Assembly: GCA_030390025.1 (NCBI GenBank)
Contig: CM059431.1
Coordinates: forward strand, 144,896,001-144,960,000
Direction of reading: 5' to 3'
DNA from: Squalus acanthias
Lineage: Eukaryota
DNA: 64,000 bases
Shown here: piece after piece, positions 48,265 to 60,618 of the stretch
Layout of the letters: each line of letters opens with the position of its first letter
Position numbering within the stretch: the first letter of the stretch is position 1
Program-made: the position numbers and the translations under genes
The notes under the pieces: generated by a model
Told to the model about the DNA's origin: nothing
Databases searched by the model: none
What the model saw: only the letters and a program-made list of their open reading frames with translations

Positions 48265-51200
48265 GGGAATGGTACCGTAGTGGTAATGTCACTTGGCTGG
48301 TAATCCACAGGCGTGGATTAATGATCCAGAGACGTGAATTCAAATCCCTCCACGGCAGCTGGGGAATTTAAATTCAGTTAATTAATTAAATCTGGAATAA
48401 AAAGCTAGTATCAGTAATGGTAACAGTGAAACTATCGGATTGTCATAAAAACCCTGGTTCACTAATGTCTTTTAGGGAAGGAAATCTGCCGTCCTTACCT
48501 GGTCTGGCCTATATGTGAATCCAGACCCACAGCGATGTGGTTGACTCTTAACTGCCCGCTGAAATGGCCGAGCACGTCACTCAGTTGTAACTAACCGCTA
48601 CAAAACAAAATAATAAGAATGAAACCGGACGGACCACCCGGCATGAACCGCAGCACCGGCTGCGGACACAGAAACGGCACACCCAGCCCAGTCAACCCTA
48701 CAAAGTCCTCATCACCAACATCTGGGGACTTGTTCCAATATTGGGAGAGCTGTCCCACAGACTAGTCAAGCAACAGCCTGACATAGTCATACTCACAGAA
48801 TAATACATTTCTGCCAATGTCCCGAACTCCTCCATCACCATACCTGGGTATGTCCTGTCCCACCTGCAGGACAGACCCACCAGGGGTGGCGGCACAATGG
48901 TATACAGTCGGGAAGGAGTGGCCGTGGGTGTCCTTAACATTGACTCTGGACCCAATGAAGTCTCATGGCTCCAAGTCAAGCATGGGCAAGGAAACCTCCT
49001 GCTGATTGCCACCTACCACCCTCCCTCAGCTGATTAATCAGTGCTCCTCCATGTTGAACACCATTTGGAAGACGCAGAGAGTAGCAAGGGCACAGAATGC
49101 ACTCTGGGTGGGGGACTACAATGTCCATCACCAAGAGTGGCTCGGTAGCACCACTACTGACCGAGCTGGCCGAGTCTTGAAGGACATAACTGCCATTCTG
49201 GGCCTGCGACAGGTGGTGAGTGAACCAACACGAGGGAAAAACCTACTTGACCACGTCCTCACCAATCTACCTGTCGCAGATGCATCTGTCCATGACAGCA
49301 TTGGCAGCTGTGACCACCGCACAGTCATTGTGGACACAAAGTCCCATCTTCACACTGAGAATACTCTCCATCGTGTTGTGTGGCACTACCACCGTGCTAA
49401 ATGGGATAGATTCAAACAAGATCTAGCAGCTAAAAACTGGGCATCCATGAGGCGCTGTGGGCCATCAGCAGCAGCAGAATTGTATTGCACCACAATCTGT
49501 AACATCATGGCCCGCCATATCCCTCACTCTACCATTACCACCAAGCCAGGGAGCCAAACCCTGGTTCAACAACGAGTGTAGAAGAGCATGCCAGGAGCAG
49601 AACCAGGCGTACCTAAAATTGAGGTGCCAACCTGGGGAAGCTGCAACACAGAACTACATGCATGCTAAAAAGCGGAAGAAGAATGCGATAAGACAGGGCT
49701 AAGCGATCCCACAATCAATGGATCAGATGAAAGCTCTGCAGTCCTGCCACATCCAGTCGTGAATGGTGGTGGACCATTAAACAACTAACGGGAGGAGGAG
49801 GCTCCAAGAATATCCCCATCCTCAATGATGGTGGAGCCCAGCACCTGAGTGCAAAAGACACGGCTGAAGCGTTTGCAACCAACTTCAACAAGAAGTGTCG
49901 AGGGGATGATCCATATCGGCCTACTCCCGAGGTCCCCACCATCACGGAAGCCAGTCTTCAGCCAATTCGATTCATTCCACGTGATATCAAGAAACGGCTG
50001 AGCGCACTGGATATAGCAAAGGCTATGGGCTCTGACAACATCCCGGCTATCGTGGTGAAGACTTGTGCTCCAAAATTAGCTGCGGGTCTAGCCAAGCTGT
50101 TCCAGTACAGCTACAACACTAGCATCTATCCGACAATATGGAAAACTACCCAGGTATGTCCTGTCCACAAAAAGCAGGACAAATCCAACTCGGCCAATTA
50201 CCGCCCCATCAGTCTACTCTCAATCATCAGCAAAGTGATGGAAGGTGTCATCGACAGTGCTATCAAGCAGCACTGGCTCACCAATTACCGGCTCACTTAT
50301 GCCCAGATTGGGTTCCACCAAGACCACTCGCCTCCCGAACTAATTACAGCCTTGTTACAAACATGGACAAAGGAGCCGACTTCCAGATATGAGGTGAGAG
50401 TGACTGCCCTTAACATCAAGGCAGCATTTGAACGAGTGTGGCATCAAGGAGCCCTCGTAAAACTGATGTCAATGGGAATCGGGTGAGGGGGCGAAATCTT
50501 AAATGGCTGGAGTCATACCTAGCACAAAGGAAGATGGCGGCGTTGTTGGATGTCAGACATCACAGGCCCAGGACATCGCAGCAGGAGTTCCTCGGGGCAG
50601 CGTCCAAGGCCGAACCATCTTCAACTGCTTCATCAATGACCATCCCTCCATTATAAGATCAGAAGTGGGGAAGTTCGCTGATGACTGCACTGGCTTCAGT
50701 GCCATTCGCAAGTCCTCAGATAATGAAACAGTTCATTCCCACAAGCAACAAGACCTGGTCAACGTTCAGGCTTGGGCTGATAATTGGCAGGTAACATTTG
50801 CGCCACACAAGTGACAGGCAATTACTATCTCCAACAAGTGAGCTTCTAACCAACGCCCCCTGACATTCAACGGCATTACCATCGCCGAAATCTCCACCAT
50901 TAATGTACTGGGGATCTCCATTGAACAGAAACTTAACTGGACCAGCCACATTAATACTATGGCAACAAGAGCAGGTCAGAGGCTGGCTATTCTGCGGCGA
51001 GTGTCTCACCTCCTGACTCCCCAAAGCCTTTCCGCAATCTGCAAGGCGCAAGTCAGGAGTGTGATGGAATATTCTGCACTCGCCTGGATGAGTGCAGCAC
51101 CAAAAACATTCAAGGAGCTCGACACCATCCAAGACAAAGCAGCCCGCTTGATTGGCACCACATCCACTACCTTAAACATTCACCCCGTCCACCAACATGA

Positions 51201-51572
51201 GTGCCCTGACTGCAGTGTGTACCGTCTACAAGATGCACTGTAGCCATGGCTTTTTCGGCAGCACCTCACAAACCTGCGACCTCTATCACCTAGAAGGACA
51301 AGGGCAGCAGGCGCATGGGAACACAACCAAATTCAAGTTCCCCTCCAAGTCACACACCATCCTCACTTGGAATTATATCGCCATTGCTTTATCGTCGCTG
51401 GCTCAAAATCCTGGAACTCACTCCCTAATAGCACTGTGGGATTACCTTCACCACACTGACTGCAGCGTTTCAAGAAGGCGGCTCACCACCACCTTCTCAA
51501 CGGCAACTACAGATGGGCAATAAATGCTGGCCTTGCCAGCGTCGCCCAAATCCCATGAACGAATATTAAAAA
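48265..51572 (+). mobile_element. Apparently full-length CR1-group LINE family B with a tRNA-like head and a single degenerate EN-RT ORF
   Basis: A-box-like sequence at 48270-48284, B-box-like at 48336-48347; endonuclease TNIWGL...PDIVILTE from about 48705; GDYNVHH, LDHVLTN, DH; RT FADDCT; A-rich tail. Confidence 0.9.
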
Positions 51573-51574
51573 CA

Positions 51575-54500
51575 ACGGAGGAGCACTGTCACATCCAGTG
51601 TTAGTGTAGGGGTACCAATAGTACCGGAGGTGCACGATCGGCTCTTTTATAATTTTATACTTACGACTATTAGGGGAGGTGCACGGTTAACATTAATGTC
51701 AGTGTAGTGACACCACTATGACTATAGGAGCACGCGAATATCGAGTGGAAGTTGATCGCACCACCAGCACCAGACGTGTCTGGTCATCTCTTGCATAAGT
51801 GTAGGGTAGCACTCGTACCATAGCAGCACGGTCAGCTCTCGTGTAGGTGTAGCGTTCCAGGAGTACCTGAGGAGCACGGTCAACTGTAGTGCAACTATAG
51901 GGTTCCACGAGTAACTGAGGAGCACGGTCAACTGTAGTGTAAGTGTAGGGTTCCAAGGGTACTTGAGGAGCACGGTCAACTATAGTGTATGTGTAGGGTT
52001 CCACTAGTACCTGAGGAGCACGGTCAAATGTAGTGTAAGTTTAGGGTTCCACTAGTACCTGAGGAGCACGATCAAATGTAGTGCAAGTGTAGGGTTCCAC
52101 TAGTACCTGAGGAGCACGATCAAATGTAGTGTAAGTTTAGGGTTCCACTAGTACTTGAGGAGCACGATCAAATGTAGTGTAAGTGTAGGGTTCCACTAGT
52201 ACCTGAGGAGCACGGTCAACTGTAGTGTAAGTTTAGGGTTCCACTAGTACTTGAGGAGCACGATCAAATGTAGTGTAAGTTTAGGGTTCCACTAGTACCT
52301 GAGGAGCACGATCAAATGTAGTGTAAGTGTAGGGTTCCACTAGTACCTGAGGAGCACGGTCAACTGTAGTGTAAGTTTAGGGTTCCACTAGTACTTGAGG
52401 AGCACGATCAAATGTAGTGTAAGTTTAGGGTTCCACTAGTACTTGAGGAGTACGATCAAATGTAGTGCAAGTGTAGGTTTCCACTAGTACCTGAGGGGCA
52501 CGGTCAACTGTAGTGTAAGTGTAGGGTTCCACTAGTACCTGAGGAGCACGGTCAACTGTAGTGTAAGTGTAGGGTTCCACTAGTACCGGAAGAGCACGGT
52601 CAACTGTAGTGTAAGTGTAGGTTTCCAAGGGTACCTGAGGAGCACGGTCAATTGTAGTGTAAGTGTAGGGTTCCACTAGTACCTGAAGAGCACGGGCAAC
52701 TGTAGTGTAAGTGTAGGGTTCCACTAGTACCTGAAGAGCACGGACAACTGTAGTGTAAGTGTAGCGTTCCACTAGTACCTGAAGAGCACGGGCAACTGTA
52801 GTGTAAGTGTAGGTTTCCACTAGTACCTGAGGGGCACGGTCAACTGTAGTGTAAGTGTAGGGTTCCACTAGTACCTGAGGAGCACGGTCAACTGTAGTGT
52901 AAGTGTAGGTTTCCACTATTACCTGAGGGGCACGGTCAACTGTAGTGTAAGTGTAGGGTTCCACTAGTACCCGAGGAGCACGGTCAACTGTAGTGTAAGT
53001 GTAGGTTTCCACTATTACCTGAGGGGCACGGTCAACTGTAGTGTAAGTGTAGGGTTCCACTAGTACCCGAGGAGCACGGTCAACTGTAGTGTAAGTGTAG
53101 GATTCCCCGAGTACGTGAGGAGCACGGTCAACTGTAGTGAAAGTGTAGGGTTCCACTAGTACCTGAGAAGCACGGTCAACTGTAGTGTAAGTGTAGGGTT
53201 CCACTAGTACCCGAGGAGCACGGTCAAATGTCGTGTAAGTGTAGGGTTCCACTAGTACCCGAGGAGCACGGTCAACTGTAGTGTAAGTGTAGGGTTCCAC
53301 TAGTACTTGAGGAGCACAATCAACTGTAGTGTAAGTGTAGGTTTCCAAGGGTACCTGAGGAGCACGGTCAAATGTAGTGTAAGTGTAGCGTTCCACTAGT
53401 ACCCGAGGAGCACGGTCAACTGTAGTGAAAGTGTAGGGTTCCACGAGTACCTGAGGAGCACGGTCAACTGTAGTGTAAGTATAGGGTTCCACTAGTACCT
53501 GAGGAGCTCGATCAAATGTAGTGTAAGTATAGGGTTCCACTAGTACCTGAGGAGCACGGTCAAATGTAGTGTAAGTTTAGGGTTCCACTAGTACCTGAGG
53601 AGCACGGTCAACTGTAGTGTAAGTGTAGGGATCCACTAGTACCTGAGGAGCACGGTCAACTGTAGTGCAAGTGTAGGTTTCCACTAGTACCTGAGGAGCA
53701 CGGTCAACTGTAGTGTAAATGTAGGGTTCCACTAGTACCTGAGGAGCACGGTGAACACTGGTGCAAGTGTAGGGTACACAAATAACGAAGGATACATCTA
53801 GTTTAAATGTAGGATTACCACTAGTGCCAGTGGAGCACGGTCACATCTATTTAAATGTAGAGGTACAAGTATTGCAGGTGGAGCACGCTGACATCTAGTA
53901 TAAGTTACCACTCTTAGTGGAGGAGCACAGTCACATCCAGTTTAAGTGTAGGGGTAACACCACACTTAAACTAGGATGTAACAAGAGGTAGCAAATGTAA
54001 CACCGCTATTCAAGAAAGGATGGAAAGAAAAAACAGGGAACGACTGGTCAGTTAGCCTGACATACATCGTCGGGAAAATGCTGGAATCCATTATTAAGGA
54101 TGTGGTAACAGGGCACTTAGCAAATTATAAGATGATGAGGCAGAGTCAACATGCTTTTATGAAAGGGAAATCGTGATGTGCAAATGCATTAGTTATTTGA
54201 GGATATACCTAACAGGATTGATAAAGGGGAACCAGTGGATGAAGTATATTTCGATTTTCAAAAGGCATTCGATAAGGTGCCATTAGAAAAGTTGTTACAC
54301 TAGATACGGGATCATGGGGTTGGGGCTAATATATTAGACTGAGCAGAGGATTGATAAAGGAAAGATAACAGACAACAGGAGTAAACGGGACATTTTCAGC
54401 TAGGCAGGCTACTAAGGATCATTGCTGTGGCCTCAGCTATTTGCAATCTATATTAATCGCTTAGATGGATGTAATGTATCCAAGTTTGTGGCGATACAGA

Positions 54501-56090
54501 ACTAGGTTGGAAAGTAAGCTGTGAGGAGGACATACATAGTCTGCAAAGGGATATAGCCAGGTATAGTGAGTGGGCAAGAACATGGCAGATGGGGTATAAT
54601 GTGGGGAAATGGAAGGTTATTCACTTTGGTAAGAACAACAGAAAATATTAATATTTTGAATTGGTGAGAAACAAATAAATGTTGGTGTTCAGAGAGATTT
54701 AAGTGTCCTCGTACAGGAAACAGAGAGAGTTAGCATGCAGGCAGAACAAGCAATTAAGAAGGCAAATGGCATGTTGGTCTTTATTCCAAGGGGGTTGGAG
54801 TACAAGTGTAAGGAAATCTTGCTGTATTTGTCCAGGCCTTTGGTGGGAGACCACACCTTGAGCACTGTGTACAGTTTTGGTCTCCTTTTCTAAGAAAGGA
54901 TATACTGGCATTAGAGGAGATGCAACAAAGGTTCACTAGATTGATACCTGGGATGAGACAGTTGTCCTAAGAGGAGAGATTGAGTTGATTGGTCCTATAC
55001 TCTCTATAGTTTAGAAGAATGAGAGGTGATCTCATTGAAACATATAATATTCTTAGAAGGATTGACAGGGTAGATGCTGAGAGGTTGTTTCCCCTGGCTG
55101 GAGAGTCTAGAAATATGGGGATAGCCTCAGGATAAGGAATCGGCCATACAAGACCGACATGTGAGAAATGTCTTCACTCAGAGGATTTTGAATCTTTGCA
55201 ATTGTCTACCCCAGAGGGCAGTGAATGCTCAGCCGTTGAGTATATTCAAGATGGAGATAGATAGATTTTGGACTCTAAGGGAATCAAAGGATATGGGGAT
55301 CGGGCGGCAAAGTGGAGTTGATGTCGAATATCAGCGAGGATCTTATTGAATGGCGGGGCAGGCTCGAAGGGCGGTATGGACTACCCCAGTCCTATTTATT
55401 ATGTTCCTATGTTCTAGTGTACTATCATTGGAAGAGCACAATCAGCTCTATTATAATGTTAGGTGTGCAACTGATACTGGAGGTGCACGGTCAACACTAG
55501 TGTTAGTGCAGCGATACGACTTTTACTGTAGGAATACGCTCAACTCCAGTGTAAGTTTAGTGGTACTACTAGTACAAGAGGAGCACGGTCACAACTTGTG
55601 CAACTGCAGAGCACCGCTAATAGCAGAGGGACAAGGTTACCTCTAGTGTAAGTTTAGGGATAATATGAGTACACGAGGAACATGGTCACCTCTAGTGTAA
55701 TTGCAAAGCACCGCTAATAGTGGAGGTGCACGGTCAGCACTAGTTCAAATGCAGGTATATTACTAGTACCGGAGGAGAACGGTCATCCCTAGTGTAAGTG
55801 TACGGGCACCACTTGTGCAGGTCGAGCACATGCACATCTAGTGTAAGTGAAGGATTAGCATTAGTACTTGAACAGCACGGTCAATACTAGTGTCAGTGCA
55901 GTGCTACCACTATTACCATTGGACCACATTGAACTCTACTGTTAGTGTAGGGTGCCAGAACGACAGCAGGAGCATGGTCCTCTTTAGCATAAGTGTAGAG
56001 TACCACAATACCAGAGGAGATGGTTACCTCTACTGTAAGTGGAGGCTACCACTATACCGGAGGAGACGGCCACCTCTAGTGCGGCCTGAC
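51575..56090. repeat. 48-bp minisatellite (gaggagcacggtcaactgtagtgtaagtgtagggttccactagtacct)n, interrupted by a CR1
   Basis: Homogeneous core at about 51830-53755 with diverged flanks; gives a 16-aa repeat ORF on the minus strand. Confidence 0.97.
53985..55412 (+). mobile_element. 5'-truncated degenerate CR1 LINE
   Basis: Collinear with 18530-20106. Confidence 0.92.
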
Positions 56091-56513
56091 TGTGCTCATC
56101 ACTGGTATTGAAGGATTTGTTTCACTGCCTGTTCTGAAGGAGTTGGTGCACTAGGTAAATCATGGGCAGGGTCAGGACGAATATTGCAAGGTGAGCTACC
56201 TTCATCACGCCTGTAGGAATAGAGTCAGCGCCAGTACTGGAAGATTTGACTTTCCACTTGTAAACAATGTTTGAATGTTGTAACTTTACAATAATAATTT
56301 CACCTATTTCTCTTAATCTGACGTATCAGACAAGAAAAACAACTTACCTGAGTCGATTTGTTAAATGACTGCAACTAATGCTAATTATGATTTAACCTGA
56401 TTGACACCTTAGAGGATTGAAGTGAGTATGAATATAGGTTCCCTTCCATTGCTTCAGCCCTGCGCCAGTCAGAGTCTTTCATCTGCTGCAGAATTCATCC
56501 ATTCTCACAGAAA

Positions 56514-57935
56514 ATCGGACAACAAACTATTTTGCTAATCAAAAAGAGTTACTACCCGATCCTCGCAGCTGTCGGTGTCCCCGGTGAGCCATTGTAAAAT
56601 GTTTGTTGTTAATCGGGGTTAACTGTCTCCTCTTCATACAGCCTGTTGGCTAATGTAACGTGATTTCTAGATGTCAACATTACACAGTCGGTAGTAACTG
56701 GAACCAACTAATGAACCGGGTGTCTGCACTTTCCAAGTTTCCCTTAATTCGATAATATCACTGATGTTACGATGTTCTTTGGAGCTCCAACTCAAGGATT
56801 TTAGCGGATTTCCGGACCGTCTTGTCCCCCCGTGCAGAGTGAGCGTTGCAGCAGCTCATTAAACTGTGTGGGTGGGTTTCCCAGGTAATGGCTCCAATAT
56901 TAATCCTGTTCTCACACTGTTCCGTGTAGATAATCGCACTGAATGGAGCAAAATGCTCTCAACAGTTTTCTCCATATATATTTCAAAACAGACACTGGAA
57001 CTTTATTTCTCTCCTCTCTGTTTCTTACAAAGAACTTGGTGACAATGGTGATTCTCTCCCTAGGAAACTGCGGACTTTCCAAGTGTATCTCTGTCTACAT
57101 GGTGGCCATGGCAACAGCGGATCTACTGGTCATGATCTTCAATATAATGATGTATTATATATTCAGTTATCACTTTCCACTTTCATTCCTGCCCCACACT
57201 CCGGTGTGTAAGTTAATTCTATACATGACTGCTGTCACCATCGATTTGTCTGTTTGGTTCACCGTTTCATTCACATTTGACCGATTTGTAGTTATCTGCT
57301 GCCAGAAGTTTAGAACAAAGTATTGCACCGAGAAAACTGCGGCCGGGGTTATAACAAACGTCTCGATCCTAATTTTTTTAAAGGACATCCCCGTATTGTT
57401 TGCATTTGAACCTGAACAAATAATTAACAAGGTGCAGTGGGGCTGCCGGAATAGTGGGGCTTTTTTTTCCTCACCTCCTGGTGTAGCGTACGTCTGGTTT
57501 TATTCTGCCTCGGTCGTTTGAATTCCCTTTACATTAATTGTCTTATTTAATAGTTTGACAGTCAGCCGTATTTTAGTGGCAAGTAGAGCCCGCAGGGGAA
57601 TCCGGGGCCACAGGAGTGAAAATCAGTGCGATCCACAGATGGAGAACCGAAGGAAATCCATCATGTTACTGTTCACTGTATCGGGCAGTTTTATATTGTT
57701 GCGGCTGACAAATGCCGTGAGTATGGTAACTACCAGACTGACAAACACGACTTATTACCGAGGTGACCGCACAGACCCTGGATATATCACCACTGAAACC
57801 GGAGCAATGCTGAAGCATTTGAGCTCCTGTCTAAACCCGTGTATTTATGCAGCGAACAAGAGGAAATTCAGAGAAGAGTTGAAGAATGTGGTGAAATCTC
57901 CCTGGACACTGATTCTGAGATTAGCTGGAAAATGA
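56514..57935 (+). pseudogene. GPR139-like GPCR paralog 3, pseudogene (exon 1 56514-56583; exon 2 about 57031-57935)
   Basis: Close paralog of gene 1. Start ATG appears changed to ATC at 56514, the expected acceptor AG reads AA at 57029-57030, and TGG is changed to TGA at 57519-57521. Confidence 0.9.
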
Positions 57936-58632
57936 GGATGAAAAGAATCAAGTCAAACGAGATCTTTCTCGTACGTAAAGCTCAATTTCAACTCCTTTTC
58001 AATCGTAGACAATCCTTCTTTCTGGTAATGTGAAAAATGGGTGAGTTCTTGTGTAAACATTTCTTCCATTTTGCAGCATGCATTGATGTCTGCTTTGCTT
58101 TCTTTTTCTACGCTTCTTTCGTTGAATACACATAACCTATTCCTGCAACTTTAGCACATTTCACCTTCAGGGATCAAAGATAACAATGATGAGGTTCAGC
58201 AGTGGAGTCGGACACGTGGGTAACAGAGGAATCCACCTTACACTGTAGGTACTGGGATCGGGCGCGCCACTTTAAAATCATCAATAAAGTTTTATTTGGT
58301 GCCTTAACGATCAAAGGTCTTGCGATCCCCGATATTGGTAACTATGCTGGAAGTTTGGTGTGAATATTTCAGGCGCGGGTTTCTCTATCGGACTCCATTC
58401 CTCATTGACAAATGAAGCGGGCTCTTGTCCCGTGATCAGTGTTCGAATGGAGGAAACAGTTCGTAACTCGGCTCATCGATGTGAACTTTCACCTATTTTG
58501 CCCCAGAAACAGACTTAAATTTTCGATTGTACACTGACTGGTGTCTCTCACTCAGCACAAAGATGGAGTCTGCTATTGTTTTGTGCTGCCGATAAAAGTA
58601 TCATGAGTAATATTATTGATATTCTGACTCAC

Positions 58633-59385
58633 GGGCCGCATATACCGAACCCTACGGGCGTGTACGGGCTGTGCACACACGTAGGGGCATCGGAAATGCC
58701 GTTTTCAGGCATGCGAAGCGCATGCGCTGAAAACCGGCTTTTTCGATCTGTCGAGAATGCTCTGGACAGATCGGACGCCTGCCCTGGAGAAGGGAGTCTT
58801 CGGGCCGATAGTTCCGCTTTCAGGAGCACCTCCGCCCGCAGAAAACCCTTACAAATCTTACGCCTGGTAAAAGCAGGCGAAAGGCCTGTCTTTTCCAGCA
58901 TAAGCGTTGGAAAAAAGTAAAAAACAAACATTTTCTTCACTCATTTATAATTTAAAATATTTTTTTAAAAAGGTAAGTTTATTTTTAGCCAGTAAAAAAC
59001 TTTACTTATTTTTGCAATTAAATTGTTGTTTAAAATATTTAATTTATTGTAATTTCAATTAATTTTAAAAACGTGATGGTTTTTTTAATTTATTTAAAGT
59101 TTCACTATGTTTTTGGGGTGATCTCCATTCATACTTTTGACAGGTCTATTTGTCAAGTGTATGAAGGGAGATTCCCTTCTCCTATTGGCTCCCCATGGCC
59201 CACGTGATCCCAGGGACCCTTGCGAACTACCTGCGCCTATGCGTTATGTGCTACATGCGCATTTCGACTGTGGAGAGGCCCAGGGGCGGAAGTATAGGCG
59301 CCTCGGGAGTCCTCAGGTAAGTCCGTACATTTTCCAGATCGGAGGCCTCCGCACGCAGGAATCCTCCGATCGGAAAATACGGCCC
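58633..59385. mobile_element. Harbinger-like MITE
   Basis: TIRs gggccgcatataccga / tcggaaaatacggccc; homologous to 36255-36962. Confidence 0.85.
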
Positions 59386-59739
59386 ATTCTGTCTCAACCA
59401 GTCTCCCAAACAAAACGGTAAAGGAAGGTAAAAATTAATGTTTATTCATAAAATTATTAACTATTACATTTGATGCAAGTTATCGGTAAAAAAAAGCAAC
59501 CCTGCAAGAAATTCTGATAAAATAAGCTGATATAAAGTATTCTGTGTTTGGCTGAACATGTGCAGACGATCAGACACAATCTTTGGTCATTATCGTCTTA
59601 TTATGCTGTTGCACATTTTTTCAAATAATATCTGAAAAATACCAGCAACTTTGAATCAGTTACAAATTGTTCATCGGCGATCTCGCCTGATTGTGCGAGA
59701 AACGCCAAGGAATGGGAGCAGAATATCAATGGGAAGGTG

Positions 59740-60400
59740 CTGAAGGGTGTGGATGAACTGCGAGCGATAGGGATCCATATAATCAATTCCGGAAAGGTGG
59801 ATGAGAAAACCAACAGAAATGTGTGTTTTATAGACATGGGCTTTGATCACAAGAATAAACAAGTGATGATGAATCTTTACAAAATGCTGGTGAGGCCACT
59901 GTTAGAACACCAGGTACAGCTTCGGCCCCTCATTGTGGAAAGGCCATTAACTCCACTGAGAGCGGGCAGTGTAGATACACTAGGTTGGTGCAATGGATCA
60001 GAACTATACTGAAAATAAGGGACAAGATATTGGGACTATTTGCACTGTAGCAGTGAAATCTAAGAGACGTTTTAATACAGAATTTAAACATTTTGAACAG
60101 TTTAGCAGAGTGAAGAGGGAGAGAGCATTCCATCTAGTTGAGTAGCTGGCAATAAAGGGTGATCGGCTTTAAATGGTCACAAAGGGAATGAGCAGACTGG
60201 TTAGCACAAACTTCTTTATGCAAAGGTTTGCTGGAGATCGAATGTTTGCCTCAGGCAATAGTTAAGGGAAAGTTAGAAGTATATTGAAGCAGAGAAAATA
60301 AATGACACTGGATGACAGTTGAGATAGTTTTTGATTGTTGTATCAAATAATCCACTACATAGAGAATGGGTCACATGACCTACTCCCGCCCAGTAAATGT
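59740..60400 (+). mobile_element. Old CR1 3' fragment
   Basis: HKNKQVMMNLYKMLVRPLLEH. Confidence 0.75.
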
Positions 60401-60618
60401 GTATGGTTTTGTCGAGTTACTTACGTTGGTGTAATTTTCATTGTTTTCTTTCTAATATAGCTTCTTCGTTGTGATTCTATTAACCAAAACATTAAAAATT
60501 AACTGGTACCAAGGATGATCCCAATAGTCACCCGTCCCTTACAGGTTTCCATTTGTCGATATCCTACTTTCATTTCGTAATGAGCTCGCTGTGCAGTGCC
60601 AGATCTCCCACCCATCCC

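Noticed and set aside
48265..48350. tRNA gene
   Set aside because: Only degenerate A and B boxes with wide spacing and no cloverleaf; treated as a retroelement head.
52425..53540. 371-aa ORF of VEPYTYTTVDRAPQVL repeats
   Set aside because: It is a by-product of a 48-bp unit that lacks stops in one frame. Neighbouring units carry TAA and there is no unique coding flank.
45890..53755. CRISPR-like regular repeats
   Set aside because: The units are head-to-tail with no unique spacers, there are no cas genes, and the context is eukaryotic.
56943..57030. Upstream ATG extension (MEQNALNS...) as an alternative start of paralog 3
   Set aside because: It is intronic by homology, and the frame stops at 57521 anyway.
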